The notes beneath the pieces were generated by a model. It was not told where the DNA came from, did not search any database, and was given only the letters and a program-made list of their open reading frames with translations. DNA of 32,257 bases. It comes from Sphaerodactylus townsendi (taxonomy: Eukaryota). The DNA lies in NCBI RefSeq assembly GCF_021028975.2, contig NC_059439.1, forward strand, positions 34,255,744-34,288,000, in the 5' to 3' direction. Made by a program: the position numbers and the translations under genes. The stretch's first letter is position 1. Every line of letters starts with the position of its first letter. Shown here one piece after another: positions 31,885 to 32,257 of this stretch.

Positions 31885-32257
31885 GAGAATGCTGCTAGAA
31901 CACGGCCATACAGCCCGGAAACCACACAGCACCCAAGTTGTGAAAGTGGTTTGAAAATGCATTATTTTGCGTGTGCAGAAGGGGCCTAAGTTGCTTTGAG
32001 GAATCACAGTTAGCAAGACAAGAGTTACAACTATTTTAATGAATACAATAGTTAGAAAATAAAATCTGGCATAACACCATAAAGATTTCAAATAATGTAA
32101 CCAGTCAGTCTGTATAAGATAGCAAATATAAAACAGCTCCGTTACAGAAACAATTAACAGATACCTTGTGAGGCAGGTTGGGTTAAGAGAGTTAAGAAAG
32201 AACTCTAGCTGGCACAACGACTTTAATATATTTACTCTTTTTACTTTTTTTTCTGCT

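Larger units (their letters stand above)
31689..31935. mobile_element. Penelope-like retroelement terminal (pLTR) fragment in inverted-repeat arrangement
   Basis: ~100-bp arms (31718-31817 and 31839-31938) differ at one position; flanked by a 13-bp duplication AGTTGTGAAAGTG; carries hammerhead cores. Confidence 0.85.
31598..31986. mobile_element. 141-bp-family Harbinger MITE split by a Penelope-like insertion
   Basis: MITE halves at 31598-31688 and 31936-31986. Confidence 0.88.

Noticed and set aside
1-32257. CRISPR array or prokaryotic/viral system
   Set aside because: No regularly spaced repeat-spacer array or prokaryotic ORFs; the repeats are dispersed eukaryotic TEs.

Overview
Vertebrate genomic DNA, almost certainly squamate and probably a gecko (Squam3-type SINEs with (TTC)n tails, Sauria SINEs, L2, Penelope-like elements). 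The window is part of a minus-strand tandem cluster of vomeronasal type-2 receptor (V2R, class C GPCR) genes. Gene A is intact with six exons (CDS 12024..3484, 883 aa). Gene B has six open exons (about 24188..17101), but its start codon and signal peptide look compromised. Only exons 4-6 of gene C (30353..27011) are in the window; C is a close paralog of B. All splice sites are GT-AG with consistent phases. Introns and spacers are dense with hAT and PIF/Harbinger MITEs, SINEs, LINE fragments, two solo LTRs and Penelope-like remnants. The standout feature is a composite hAT transposon (15000..16138, perfect 8-bp target-site duplication, TSD) that appears to have captured the promoter, 5'UTR and first ~61 codons of ZFC3H1, including the acidic EEGELEDGEI motif. 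Also notable: an inverted Penelope-like insertion with a minimal hammerhead ribozyme on each strand, a TSD-flanked 5'-only LINE piece, and several exon-fragment duplications. All calls are by eye; no database searches were run.
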